Assembly (NCBI GenBank): GCA_951406725.2
Contig: OX597837.1
Coordinates: forward strand, 12,524,001-12,588,000
Source: Octopus vulgaris
Lineage: Eukaryota
Reading direction: 5' to 3'
Length of the DNA: 64,000 nucleotides
Part shown: positions 28,280 to 45,907 of the stretch, in pieces
How positions within the stretch are numbered: position 1 is the first letter of the stretch
Layout of the letters: every line of letters begins with the position of its first letter
Made by a program: the position numbers and the translations under genes
The notes under the pieces: generated by a model
What the model saw: the letters and a program-made list of their open reading frames with translations, nothing else
What the model was told of the DNA's origin: nothing
The model's database searches: none

Positions 28280-29127
28280 TTACATATATATGGATGTGGG
28301 CATGTGTATATGTGTACATAAATGTATACGAGTGCATACACGTATTTGTATGTGAGTGTGTGTGCAACTGTGTATGTACATGTGTATGTGAAGGCGTGTA
28401 TACGTGTGTATGAGTATATGTGTACATGTTTTTGTATGTGTATATATATATGTGTTTGTATATGTATGTGCATGTATATATATATATATATATGTATTTA
28501 TAGATATATATGTATGTATGTGTATGTATGTATCTATATGTATGTGTGTATATGTATATGTGTATATGTGCATATGTGTGTATATATATGTGTGTGTATG
28601 TATTAATGTATGTGTGTGTGTACACGGACATATATTTATGTGTAGGTATATGCATGTGTATATGTTTATGGATGTGTATATGTACACATATATATATGTG
28701 TATAAATGTAAATATGAATATATGTATGTATGTATATATGTATGTGTATTTATATATGTATATATTTTTATATATATATATAGATGTAAATATGGGTTTG
28801 GATATGAATATGAATATGGATATAGATATGTATGTGCTTATGTGCGTGTATCTATGTGTTTGTAGGTATGTATGTATAGGTGTATAGGTATATATATGTA
28901 CGCATGTGTGTTTTATGTATATATATATATATATATATATATTTATTATATAGAAGTTTACAGGACTAGAACTGTCATTCAAGAGAAATCTTCAGGAAGC
29001 TCCCTGAAGATTTCTCTTGAATGAAACAGTTCTAGTCCTGTAGAAGCTCCTTCTATATAATAAATTAATTTTACTCTGCTATGTATTGAGTACCTTATTT
29101 ACTGTGGTTAACCCCGAATCAACCGGA

Positions 29128-29199
<72 letters not shown>

Positions 29200-30065
29200 T
29201 GTACGCGTATGTGTATGTGTAAGTATAGGTATTTGCATGTATATATATTTATTATTTGTGTATGCATGTATGTATATGTGTATATGTATATGTATGTATG
29301 CTTGTATGTATTTATGTATATATAGATGCGCGTGTGTGTGTATGTGTATGCATGTGTATATACATATGTATATATTTATGTATGCGTACGTGTACTTGTG
29401 TATATATATATATGTATATATGTGTATTTGTGTATATATGTATATGTATGTATATATATATGCTTGTATACTTGTGTGTGGGTGTATGTATGTATATATG
29501 TGTGTGTGTGTATGTATGTATATATATACATATCTTGCAAAGGGAGATCATTCCCCAAAAAGCGGATGCCACACACGGACCTGAGGACGCCGTGATGGCG
29601 TCGGCCTATCTGGTGACGTTGATGTTCGCCTGGGGCTAAATGCAACAGTGACACCCCCACCACCCTGCCCTGTCCCTAGCCATATTCAGTTGGCTAATGT
29701 CCCTTATATTATGGAGCAGTCACTGTCTATATCTCATTTAGAGAATTATTATTGCTGTCGAACAGATTTTCGAAATCAGTAAATGTATTTACTTGAAAAT
29801 CTTTATATATATCTTGCACGGTGAGTCGTTCGTCGCGAAGCGGTGCCTACAACACGTTGACGATAGGCAATACACCTTGAAACCTAGGTCCGTGTGTGGC
29901 ATCCGCTTCTTGGGGAATGATCTCCTTTTGCAAGATAAAGGACGCCGTGATGGTGTCAAGCCTATCTGGTGACGTTGACGTTCGCCTGGAGCTAAATGCA
30001 ACAGTGACACCCCCACCACCCTGCCCTGTCCCAAGCCATATTCAGTTGGCTAATGTCCCTTATAT

Positions 30066-30098
<33 letters not shown>

Positions 30099-30601
30099 GT
30101 ATGTAGGTATGTATATGAGGGGCGTAAGTATATATGTGTATGTATATGTAGGTACATACGTATGTGTATGTTTATATATATACATATATATATATGGACT
30201 TGTAGATTTTTGTATGCGTATATATATATGTATGTGTATGTGTGTATATTTGTATATGTATGTACGTGTACGTATGCGTATGTATGTGCATGTATGTATA
30301 TATGTGTGTAGGTATGTATATGTAGGTATGCTTTTGTGTACACGTGTATGCATGCATGTGTCCATGTATGTATTTATAAGCGTATGGATGCGTATATATG
30401 CGTATGTATGTTTATATGCACATATGCCTGTATATAGGCATATGCGTTTATATATGCGGGCAGACATTTATGTGTGTTTATGTGTACTGAAGTACGTTTA
30501 CATATGTGTTTATGTGTGTACATAGTTATGTATACGTTTATGTGAAAGTGGGTACATTTATGCATGTATGCGTATGTGTACATGTGTGTGTATATGTATG
30601 C

Positions 30602-30642
<41 letters not shown>

Positions 30643-31007
30643 CTTGTAGATATATATATATATATACATAAGTATAAGTGGATGAGAAGGAAATGAGTGA
30701 GAGAACATGCGTGTTTGGGTATGTGTACGAGTGTGCGTGTGAGTGTGTGAGTGTGTGAGTGTTGGCGTTTGTATCCGTGGGTCAAGAGATAGAAAGGAAG
30801 GGAGGGGGAGCGGTGGACGGATTTCATTTAGGCCTGCTGGAACCCTGGGGAGTTCTAAGAACTTTTAGCGTTTGTCTAATCTGGCGCCACTACAAATGCG
30901 TGTCGGCGGGTAGGTGGGTCATATATTATACCTTTTATAATTCTGAAGACGGTCAGAATAAAAACAAAAATAAAATAAGGGAGGAAGATGAGGAGAGAAA
31001 AAAAATA

Positions 31008-31064
<57 letters not shown>

Positions 31065-31283
31065 ATGTATGTGTGTATATATGTATATAATGTGTGTGTA
31101 TATGTATGTATATATACATATGTATATATGTGTGTGTGTATGGGTGTGTATATTTATTTATATGTGTAGATATATGTGTGCGTGTGTTTGCGTGTTTCAT
31201 GTATGTGTATGTGTATCTATATATATGTGTGTATGTATATATATGTGTGTGTGTATGTATGTGTATGTATGTGTATGTATATG

Positions 31284-31330
<47 letters not shown>
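28280..31330. repeat. Long degenerate (TA)/(TG)/(CA) low-complexity tracts
   Basis: Alternating purine-pyrimidine sequence; mirrored at 35680-38280. Confidence 0.9.
28945..29129. ncRNA. Palindromic pair of hammerhead motifs (intact + copy at 28999-29047)
   Basis: gctcc-CTGAAGA-tttc tctt gaat-GAAA-cag ttctagtc ctg-TA-gaagc; the opposite-strand copy lacks 2 nt of GAAA. Confidence 0.7.
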
Positions 31331-31333
<3 letters not shown>

Positions 31334-31530
31334 CGATAGTCTTCTTATTTACCTAAAACTCTATTCAATTATTCTATTTATTCATTTATTTACTTTATTT
31401 TCTTTATCACTGATTCTTTTGACCACTCCCATAAGAAAGACAGTTTGTGCCCTGCTTACCCCAAAAATGTCCCCCCCCCCCCATTAAACCTGCCTAAATG
31501 TATAAATGCCAAAACTTATTTTGACAGCAA

Positions 31531-31579
31531 GCTTCCTGCTGATTTCATTGGAATGAAACAGTTCTAGTCCTGTAGAAGC
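31531..31579 (+). ncRNA. Hammerhead motif (core CTGCTGA) at the inner end of the left arm
   Basis: gcttc-CTGCTGA-tttcattggaat-GAAA-cag..ctg-TA-gaagc. Confidence 0.6.
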
Positions 31580-32364
31580 TCCTTCTATAAAATAAATTAA
31601 TTTACTCTGCTATGTATTGAGTACCTTATTTACTGTGGTTAACCCCGACTCAACCCGGGACCTACATATATATATATATAAATATATTATATTATATTAT
31701 ATTATATTATATTATATTATATTATATTATATTATATTATATTATATTTCAAAGGAAAATCTAGGCAGGTTCAACAATTGACAATTGTAATACATCTACT
31801 TAGCCATAAAGTATGCAGGCTATTAAAATATATCTAAAGTATCACTCTTTGAAATATTGAAAAATATAATAATTTACGGATACATATATAGATATATGTA
31901 TATAAAATATTAATCAAAAACGTTCTTCAAAGGCTATCAAAAATTTAATGAAGTGTAAATCCACAGGAAAAGGTGAATACATAAATGTTTAAGCATCCCG
32001 TATATGAGATGTGAAACCTCTCTCCCTGCACAGGCACAAGCAATATTACACACTGAGACAGTTTAAAGAGGAACCACCACCTGTGCCGCTAACACCTCAA
32101 GGATAAGTTCTCTCCCTCAACGTAAAAATTGAATTTATACAACACACAAACTCCACACGTAGAAGAGACACGTTCCCATGCACTCAACACGCAAACATTC
32201 GGACATCACATATGTTCGGTGTATATAATATAATATAATGCACACAAATTTGCCATCCAAAATGGCTATCTTCCCAAAAGTCAAAACCACGGGAGATAAC
32301 CACTTAAAATGTGCCCCGTGATTTATTGCTTTCTTTACGAGACTTTCTGCGAATACACACTAAC

Positions 32365-35418
<3,054 letters not shown>

Positions 35419-35438
35419 TTATTTATTTTATAGAAGGA

Positions 35439-35487
35439 GCATCTACAGGACTAGAACTGTTTCATTCAAATGAAATCATCAGGAAGC
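35439..35487 (-). ncRNA. Hammerhead motif at the inner end of the right arm
   Basis: rc gcttc-CTGATGA-tttcatttgaat-GAAA-cag..ctg-TA-gatgc; canonical core. Confidence 0.72.
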
Positions 35488-35678
35488 TTGCTGTCAAAAT
35501 AAGTTTTGGATTTATACATTTAGGCAGGTTTAATGGGGTGGGGGACATTTTTGGGGTAAGCTGGGAACAAACTGTCTTTCTTATGGGAGTGGTCAAATGA
35601 ATCAGTGATAAAGTAAATAAAGTAAATAAATGAATAAATAGAATAATAGAATAGAGTTTTAGGTAAATAAGACTATCG

Positions 35679-35744
<66 letters not shown>

Positions 35745-36422
35745 CATACACATACATACACACACATACACATACATACGCACACACATATATATACATA
35801 CACACATATATACAGATATACATACACATACATGCCAACACATATGAATGAAGTACACATCAGATAATTTTCTTTTTATGTTGCATATTGAGTATTAAAG
35901 AAACGAAAGATTTCATCAAAGAATTCATACAGTTGTATCCATTGTAAAAAATTTAGACGCAAGCAATTATCCATTGGAGCCGGTCAACTCAGAGGTGCAG
36001 CGGAAACGAATTGTTCCACGTAAAATTGTAAGTCTATTTTTTTGCTCACATATATTTTTTTTTCTCTCCTCATCTTCCTCCCTTATTTTATTTTTGTTTT
36101 TATTTTGACCGTCTTCAGAATTATAAAAGGTATAATATATGACCCACCTACCCGCCGACACGCATTTATAGTGACGCTAGATTAGACAAACGCTAAAAGT
36201 TCTTAGAACTCCACAGGGTTCCAGCAGGCCTAAATGAAATCCGTCCACCGCTCCCCCTCCCTTCCTTTCTATCTCTTGACCCACGGATACAAACGCCAAC
36301 ACTCACACACTCACACACTCACACACTCGCACGCACACTCGTACACATACCCAAACACGCATGTTCTCTCACTCATGTCCTTCTCATCCACTTATACTTA
36401 TGTATATATATATATCTAGAAG

Positions 36423-36470
<48 letters not shown>

Positions 36471-36991
36471 CATATATATATTTATATACATACATATACA
36501 CACACACAGGTACACATATGCATACATGCATAAATGTACCCACTTTGACATAAACGTATACATAACTATGTACACACATAAACACATATATAAACGTACT
36601 TCAGTACACATAAACACACATAAATGTCTGCCCGCATATATAAACGCATATGCCTATATACAGGCATATGTGCATATAAACATACATACGCATATATACG
36701 CATCCATACGCTTATAAATACATACATGGACACATGTATGCATGCACGTGTACACAAAAGCATTCCTACATATACATACCTACACACATATATACATACA
36801 TGCACATACATACACATACGTACACGTACATACATATACAAATATACACACATACACATACGTATATATATACGCATACAAAAATCTATAAGTCCATAAT
36901 ATATATATGTATATATATACACATACACATACGTATGTACCTACATATACATACACATATATACTTACACCCCTCATATACATACCTACAT

Positions 36992-37058
<67 letters not shown>

Positions 37059-37323
37059 CACATGCACATACAAATACACATACGCATATCTACGCACATA
37101 CACGCACACATATATATATACATATATAAAAAAGTCTACAAATCCATACATATAGACACATACATATACATATACACATATATATATATACATATACACA
37201 TACATATATATACCCCTATGTATATATATACATACATACACACACACATATACACATACAAACACCCACACACAAGTATACAAGCATATATATATACATA
37301 CATATTCATATATAGACAAATAC

Positions 37324-37356
<33 letters not shown>

Positions 37357-37560
37357 AGTACACGTACGCATACATAAATATATACATATGTATATACACA
37401 TGCATACACATACACACACACGCGCATCTATATATACATAAATACATACAAGCATACATACATATTCATATACACATAGACATACATGCATACACAAATA
37501 ATAAATATATATACATGCAAATACCTATACTTACACATACACATACGCGTACATGTACAT

Positions 37561-37641
<81 letters not shown>

Positions 37642-38435
37642 AAACACACATGCGTACATATATATACCTATACACCTATACATACATACCTGCAAACACA
37701 TAGATACGCGCACATAAGCACATAAGCACATACATATCTATATCCATATTCATATCCAAACCCATATTTACATCTATATATATATATATAAATATATACA
37801 TATATAAATACACATACATATATACATACATACATATATTCATATTTACATTTATACACATATATATATGTGTACATATACACATCCATAAACATATGCA
37901 CATGCATATACCTACACATAAATATATATCCGTGTACACACACACATACATTAATACATACACACACATATATATACACGCATATGCACATATACACATA
38001 TACATATACACACATACATATAGATACATACATACACATACATACATATATATCTATAAATACATATATATATATATATATATACATCCACATACATATA
38101 CACACACATATATATACACATACAAAAACATGTACACATATACTCATACACACGTATACACGCCTTCACATACACATGTACATATACAGTTGCACACACA
38201 CTCACATACAACTACGTGTATGCACTCGTATACATTTATGTACACATATACACATGCCCACATCCATATATATGTAAATAGTCTTAGGAGAGAAGGTAAT
38301 TGGGGGTGCTGAAGGAACGGTGGGGGTGGGGGGTTTTAGTGGGTGTGGTGTCATCAATCGGGATGCCGGGTGGGTCTGTAGTTTTTGTGACCAGCGATGT
38401 GTAGCAACATCTGATGGTCTGGTCGGTCACGTGTT

Positions 38436-38485
<50 letters not shown>

Positions 38486-38570
38486 ACAATTGCAGCGTGG
38501 AAGGTGTTTGTAAGCCATTTAAGAAACACACAAAAACCGTTCGATTCACTTCAACATTTAAGTTTAATTT

Positions 38571-38614
38571 GTCAAAATATTTTCGTCGCTAAAATCCGCG
38601 ACCTTTTCACTGAC
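38571..38614 (-). ncRNA. Degenerate hammerhead motif in a right-arm-only insert
   Basis: rc gtca-GTGAAAA-g-gtcgc..gcgac-GAAA-atat-TT-tgac. Confidence 0.5.
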
Positions 38615-39235
38615 AAAGTCCGTGCTGCATCTAAGAAAGTAACAGTTAGTTCGTCATATATTTCGTTTCATATATTTCGTTTTCGTTTCAGCACACGATC
38701 TCAGATCAAATTACTTGCTATGCGAGTACATTTCCTATAATAACAATGTAATAAATAAATAAAATATATTTATATATACTTACATATATGTACACACTTG
38801 CATCTATATGTATATATACATGCATATATATATATATATGAGTACAAGACACCACACATAAACGTAGAACACAACGAGAAACGAAAACATAAAATCAAAC
38901 CAGGAAACGGACTTTTTTTAACAACGAAAAAACAGAGTACAGGACAAACAATACAAGGAAAATTCCCCTTCACCAGCTGCCCCTGGTTCGACTCAATGCG
39001 TGTTTCGAATGTAAGGGAAGAACACGGCCAGCCGAAACAGTCCTTCCTGCAAAAGGAATTAAATAAAATTCTTTTGCAGAGGGGTAAAACAAGTGACAAG
39101 AACAGGACGTAAAAGCAATACAAATGAAGAAAAAACAGTAGAAAAGAACAGTACAAATAAAGAATAACAGGGCAGGGAACCAACAATAAGGGCTTTTTTA
39201 GGCCTAGACGGTGGAAAAATTAGTTAGAACGCTAT

Positions 39236-39267
39236 ATACTACACTTTGATCTTAGCCAAAAGGCCGA
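39236..39267 (-). pseudogene. U2: U2 snRNA 5' fragment (mirror)
   Basis: Exact rc of 27047-27078. Confidence 0.85.
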
Positions 39268-39981
39268 TATACATGCAATCACCGAAGTGTGACTGCCACC
39301 CAGCATGGAACTCTATAGCCACAGCGGACACTGTACCTGCGTCAGCAGCTGACACGCTTTCGTCAGGTGCAGGTCAATAGTCTCTAGACACCGATGGACT
39401 ACGACTACTACTACTACTACTACACAGACACACATATATAATATTACTTCTATATGTATGTATAAGTTATGATTTTTTAAAGAATAAAGTAAGGAGTGGT
39501 TGTATACTGTCAACTTAACGTGACAGTCCTGTAAGGGAATTACACACCGTTGTTTAGCCCTAGGAAGCATCGACGCTTCCTGTCAGCCTTGACACAAGAG
39601 TCGATGCTTCCTAGGGCTAAACATCGGTGGTGTAATTCCCTTACAGGACTGTCACGTTAAGTTGACAGTATACAACGACTTTATCGCTCGACCACCGTAC
39701 ATATCTCTATGAGATATTTAGAAATTTAATAAAGTAAGGTGTGTTAAGTCAGAATTTTAAACGATAGGTTAAGCTGTTTATATATATATATATATAGTTG
39801 ATCCAAACAAGAAAGCACAAAAAACACAACAACGCAAGGACATGGAACAGGTAGAGTATTATTGGGCGGTCAGGAAAGAAGGAAAGATCCAGAGAAAGGA
39901 AGACAGAGGAAAAAATCGCCAACGGTACACACGAGGTCACACACACACACATACATTTATATATATATATATATATATATT

Positions 39982-40175
39982 TTATTATATAGAAGGAGTT
40001 CTACAGGACTAGAACTGTTTCATTGAAGAGAAATCATCAGGAAGCTCCTGATGATTTCTCTTGAATGAAACAGTTCTAGTCCTGTAGAAGCTCCTTCTAT
40101 ATAATAAATTAATTTTACTCTGCTATGTATTGAGTACCTTATTTACTGTGGTTAACCCCGAATCGACCCGGGACC
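39982..40175. ncRNA. Palindromic back-to-back hammerhead pair (39997-40045 -, 40043-40091 +)
   Basis: Both strands read CTGATGA-tttctctt(g/c)aat-GAAA-cagttctagtcctg-TA-gaa; centre at agct. Confidence 0.78.
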
Positions 40176-40210
<35 letters not shown>

Positions 40211-40559
40211 TGGTGCCCCAGCATGGCCACACCTCGTGAGCTGAAACTAGATAAAATAAAAATAAATAAAAAAATATTCAGAATAATTTTTCCAGCGTCT
40301 TGGCTTAAAAGCTCTCATAGTTTGTTTTTACTGTCTTGTTCTTGTTACCACATTCACCGCCCACAAAAAATCCCTAATTATATTTAATTTGCTTGGCGGG
40401 AAGGACTGTTTCAACGAAGTCGCGTCTTGTCCTTGCCTTCGAACGTGGAGTAGTTGAAACATGAACAACTGCAGAAGGGGAATATTCATTATGTTGTATG
40501 TCTCGTTGGGGTCAACGTTTTTTTTGATATCCTGTACCCATATATGCATGTATATATGC

Positions 40560-40618
<59 letters not shown>

Positions 40619-41194
40619 ATCACCGAGGGGTGACTGCCACAGCAGACATTGTACCTGCGTCAGCAACAGCGGACATTGTACCTGCGTCAGCAATTGACAC
40701 GCTTTGTTCACGTGCATATCCATGGTCTCTATGCTCTGATTGACTCCTCCTCCTCCTCCTCCTGCTCCTCCTCCTCCTCCTTCTACTACTACTACAAAGA
40801 CACACACAAATATATATGCATAAAAATATATATAAAATACAACATGGGACAAAAACGCAAAGCATCCGGACAGCTAGGTGGTACAAAAAGGGACAACAAA
40901 ACATCCAGATAGACGATACAAAGTAAACAAGGACGGGTCATTCGGAGTTTTCCATCTTCAGCCAAGAACCAGATTATCCTCGCAATTTCGGCTGATTATT
41001 CTTGAGATTGCTCCAATCTGGCCAGCCCCAAGGAAAAACTAAACTAAGAGCATTAGATTCCTAGGAAGACACCAACGAAGAATGTATATAAAGACAAGGA
41101 CGGAAAAAACGGACAAAGTTACAGAAATATAAATACAATAATATAATATAATATATTATAATATAATATAATATATATATGTATATATATATAT

Positions 41195-41241
<47 letters not shown>

Positions 41242-41258
41242 TTATATTTATATATATA

Positions 41259-41317
<59 letters not shown>

Positions 41318-41339
41318 TTATATATATATATGTACTGTT

Positions 41340-41570
41340 GTGTCTGAGGAGAGTCATTTTCTTTCTGTGCCTTAGAATTTAACACACTCACCGGTAATAT
41401 TTCCACTTATTTCTTATTTTTATTTTCCTTCACTCAAGACTATTGAAAAGGTTGCAAGACGCAACGAAAGTTTTAGGAAAATAAAAATAGGAAATAAGTG
41501 GAAATTTTACCGGTGAATGTGCTAAATTATAAGGCAAAAAAGAAAATGACTCTCCCCAAATACAACAGAA
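41340..41570. repeat. Inverted repeat with a central variant hammerhead (41440-41476 +)
   Basis: 41340-41429 is rc of 41475-41565. cta-TTGAAAA-g-gttgc aagac gcaac-GAAA-gt-TT-tag. Related to 20725-20855 and 49930-50060. Confidence 0.6.
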
Positions 41571-41649
41571 TATGCTTCAACACACGAACTCACATAAAGA
41601 ATGTTGCAAACCAAATCCAAAACCGATATGTATATATAACAGGTGATAT

Positions 41650-42440
41650 AAAACCCAAACAATTCACAAGGTTCGCCAGCACTGTCCGAGCGGACACCGA
41701 CCAACAGTTCCACATGGGGTATCGGCCTTGTGACCACCTTGTTCAGCCGTCTCTGGATTTCATACCACGTGTGTTCAATTGGGTTAAAATCCGGGCTGAG
41801 AGCCAGCCACGGTATGGTTCTGATGTTGTATTGGCGCAGGAAGTCCATGGTGACCCTGGCTGTGTGGAAGGGAGCATTGTCCTGCTGGAACACATGGCTA
41901 TGGTGACGCGCGAAGAAGGGCACGATGTGAGGTCTAAGGAGCTGGTCAACGTTGCGCAGCGCTGTCATGCCATTCCCTCTGCCTGCACCAACATTTTAGA
42001 ACACATGGGGCTTTGGCCACCCCACGCGTCTCGCGCCATGCCACATGCGTCCGTGTAGCGTTCACCCCCCTCCTATACCACACCCTCACTCAACTGTCCA
42101 AGGGGGAAATGCTGTGCTGGTTTTCGTCAGAAGACTATCAACCTCCACTGTTGATGCCGTCAATGTCAGGGCTGTGTGGCCCACTGTAGACGTGCCTGAC
42201 GGTGACGGGTGATGAGGACAGACCCTCGAGCAGGACGATGGCAATGCAGGTTGTTGGCAGCCAGTCGACATGGTTCCGTGTCGTCGCTGATGGGTCACTG
42301 TCCAGTGCCAATGGTCCCGCGAGCTGTCACGCTGTCCGGTCTGAAGCGATCACGGAGATGTTGCAGTTGGATGAAGCGGTTTTTCCTGGGAGTGGCCACT
42401 CTGGGGGTGCCCTCTGTGGTAATGGTCTGCATGGCTGTTG
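41650..42440 (-). mobile_element. Tc1-family transposase relic
   Basis: SDE...GERYTDAC..RDAWGGQS...LRPHIVPF...VFQQDNAPFHTA...W...SPDFNPIEHTW (DD34E-type motifs); GC-rich. Confidence 0.88.
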
Positions 42441-42726
42441 GTGTTGTTGTGTCGCTGTTTCGAATCCCAAATTATATTTAATTTGCTTGGCGGGAAGGAC
42501 TGTTTCAACGAAGTCGCGTCTTGTCCTTGCCTTCGAAAGTGGAGTAGTTGAAACATGGACAACTGCAGAAGGGGAATATTCTTTATGTTGTATGTCTCGT
42601 TTCTCTGTTTATTTTTTTCGTTGTCCGAAAAAAAAAGTTCGTATCTATGTCTTTGTTATTATGTTTTCGTTTCTCATTGTGGTCAACGTTTTTTTGATAT
42701 CCTGTACCCATATATGCATGTATATA

Positions 42727-42790
<64 letters not shown>

Positions 42791-43290
42791 ATCACCGAGG
42801 CGTGACTGCCACAGCGGACATTGTACCTGCGTCAGCAATTGACACGCTTTGTTCACGTGCACATCCATGGTCTCTATACTCTGATTGGCTCCTCCTCCTC
42901 CTCCTCCTACTACTACTACTACTACTACTACAAAGACACACACAAATATATATGCATATATATATATATATAAAATACATGGGACAAAAACGCAAAGCAT
43001 CCGGACAGCTAGGTGGTACAAAAAGGGACAACAAAACATCCAGATAGACGATACAAGAACCAGATTATCCTCGCAATTTCGGCTGATTATTCTTGAGATT
43101 GCTCCAATCTGGCCAGCCCCAAGGAAAAACTAAACTAAGAGCATTAGATTCCTAGGAAGACACCAACGAAGAATGTATATAAAGACAAGGACGGAAAAAA
43201 CGGACAAAGTTACAGAAATATAAATACAATAATATAATATGATATAATATAACATAATATAATATAATATATATATGTATATATATATAA

Positions 43291-43325
<35 letters not shown>

Positions 43326-44684
43326 CAAAAGAGACCGATAGAATAAGTACTGGGCTTACAAAAGAATAAGCCCCGGGGTCGAGTTTCTCGATTAAAGGCG
43401 GTGCTCCAGCATGGCCGAAGTCAAATGACTGAAACAAGTAAAAGAATAAAAGAATATAAAAATGACATTTAGAAGCAGCGCATTACTTTTGCGGTTCAGT
43501 GGATACAACAATAATCCTGACTCAAATGTGAGCTTCATTAAACAGCAGCCTACGTTATGATGTGTGTGTGTGTGTGTATAGAACCACGTCCCTATAAAAG
43601 CCTTTAGTGTTTACATTCCGGTTCCAAAATGCGTCTAATATGCAAATTGGTATATCCAATAACAACACTGCTGTATGCAGTAGCTATATAAGCAATGTGT
43701 TCGAAGGCCGTCGTGGGTTAGATGAGTGTTGAAGAAGGGCAATAGCCCTCGAAATATTGCATAAACACTCATTACCCACTTTTGCCTTCGATCTCATTGC
43801 TTGTTTACATCTGACGTCTCGATACGAAACGTCGTATCAAAAATCAGTGCTGGCTTCAGTTCCATAGAATATCTGTAAAAACAACCTTAAAAATAATATG
43901 ATATGCCTTGCTGAGGCAATAGAACATGATAGTTACATATAGAAATCATTTAGTATACTGCTTAGTATGTTTGTGTTTACATGAGGAAGTACAACCTACA
44001 TACAAAAGCCTTTCAAGCGTCATGTACGTCACGTGAATTTGAATGCGAATAACATTCTCAAATTACTGTAAACAGATACGGTGTCACAGCATTGTATTGT
44101 TCACGGATTACTTTACTGAAAAGACGCGGTTTCACTGCTGACTGAATAGTAATACAATACATCCCGAAAGTAGATATTAGCCCAAAACAACGTAGAGGGA
44201 TAAAGACTTACACTTACCTCATTGAAAAATATAAACCAAAACATGACCATTTCTAACATTTTTATTCTATCAAAAACCAAATCATGTTCAATTAACAAAA
44301 CCTAATCATTCCAAACATTTTTGATTATCTCCCTTATACCGAAAAAAATCCCTGACTTCCTCCCCCGTTTCAAACTCTTCTACATAACACCATAGGGAAT
44401 AGACGACACACCAACGGTAAAGAAATGCGAGAAATTTGAAAAGAAAATGCGATACCAGTTCTTTCTCCCAAAACAATGTCATTATACAAAAAAAATTATA
44501 ACATTTCCCTAATATATTTTTTAACCATATTACAATACAAATCATGTGCACTTTTTCATTCTGTTTTGTGTTTATATATATATATATACATATATACATA
44601 CATACATATATATATATATTATATATATATATATATATAGGGAGAGAGAGAGAGAGAGAGATGTATATATAGACTTATATACAT

Positions 44685-44737
<53 letters not shown>

Positions 44738-44779
44738 TAGAGATATTTAAATGCATAGATATATGTATATATATATAAA

Positions 44780-45090
44780 CATCTTTGCGTAATGAGATAA
44801 AAAACCAAGGCTGTGTAGATATTAGAACATTTATAGATAGGTCTTACACCTGTTTCCAGGATATTTATTAATTATATCCCTTCATCGGAGACGGTGTGAG
44901 TGGATGGTTAAGTAATAGTTAATTCAGATATGATACAAAACAGATTATTAACTATTACTTAAGCATCCTCTCACACCGTCTCCGATGAAGGGATATGATT
45001 AATAAATATCCTGGAAACAGCTGTAAGACCTTCTACCCATAAATGTTCTAATATCGACACAGCCTTGGCTTTTTATCTCATTTCGCAAAA
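44780..45090. ncRNA. Mirror inverted repeat with two hammerhead motifs (44841-44892 -, 44978-45029 +)
   Basis: rc of 24825-25130. Confidence 0.75.
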
Positions 45091-45242
45091 CATTCTTATA
45101 TACAAACGCTGAAATATGACCAACGTTGAACCCCTTATTCGCAAAATCACAGAACCTGGAACTTAACTATGGTCTGTCTATAGCACTTAATCGGCATCAC
45201 CTTACACCTTCGGGTCTCAATGACACCATTAACCCTTATTAC

Positions 45243-45318
<76 letters not shown>

Positions 45319-45471
45319 CAAGTTCTTATTTCCATGTTCGACGATGGCTTAGCTGGTAGGAATCACGTAGTCACTGTCAACAACATACTTATTTAAGTAT
45401 ATATATATATAATAGAAATATTAAAATAACTAAGTCTCTCTAAAAGAGAACAGCGGCAGCGCTCCCGGAAA

Positions 45472-45907
45472 ATAATAGTTATCGCCATACTAATATGGCA
45501 TTCTTATAAAAATAAGAAAAAAGCTGTCCGCTTATTAGCTCCATGAGGCCATCGCCTTAAGTTAGCTATTTGATACACAAACTGTATCCATATAACCTTC
45601 GAACAAGGGAGGTCAGTCGCTCCACACTACTTATTTACCGAAACTAGGTAAATAAAACCATCGAACAGAGATTGTCGGAAGCAACACCTACTGGCTGGCT
45701 ACGCTGCATTGAAAAGGGGCAATACCCCGAAACGCGTCTGTAGCTGCCGGTCAAGTAGTGTGGAGCGACTGACCTCCCTTGTTCGAAGGTTATATGGATA
45801 CAGTTTGTGTATCAAATAGCTAACTTAAGGCGATGGCCTCATGGAGCCAATAAGCGGACAGCTTTTTTCTTATTTTTATAAGAATGCCATATTAGTATGG
45901 CGATAAC

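Larger units (their letters stand above)
40371..43300 (+). repeat. ~800-bp direct repeats (40371-41180 and 42465-43300) flanking a Tc1 relic
   Basis: Both start tccc.aattatatttaatttgcttggcggg and end ...ggacaaagttacagaaatataaatacaataat. Confidence 0.85.

Noticed and set aside
42202-43047. 281-aa and 186-aa (41498-42058) plus-strand ORFs
   Set aside because: Antisense to a GC-rich Tc1 relic and running into microsatellite; no recognisable domain.
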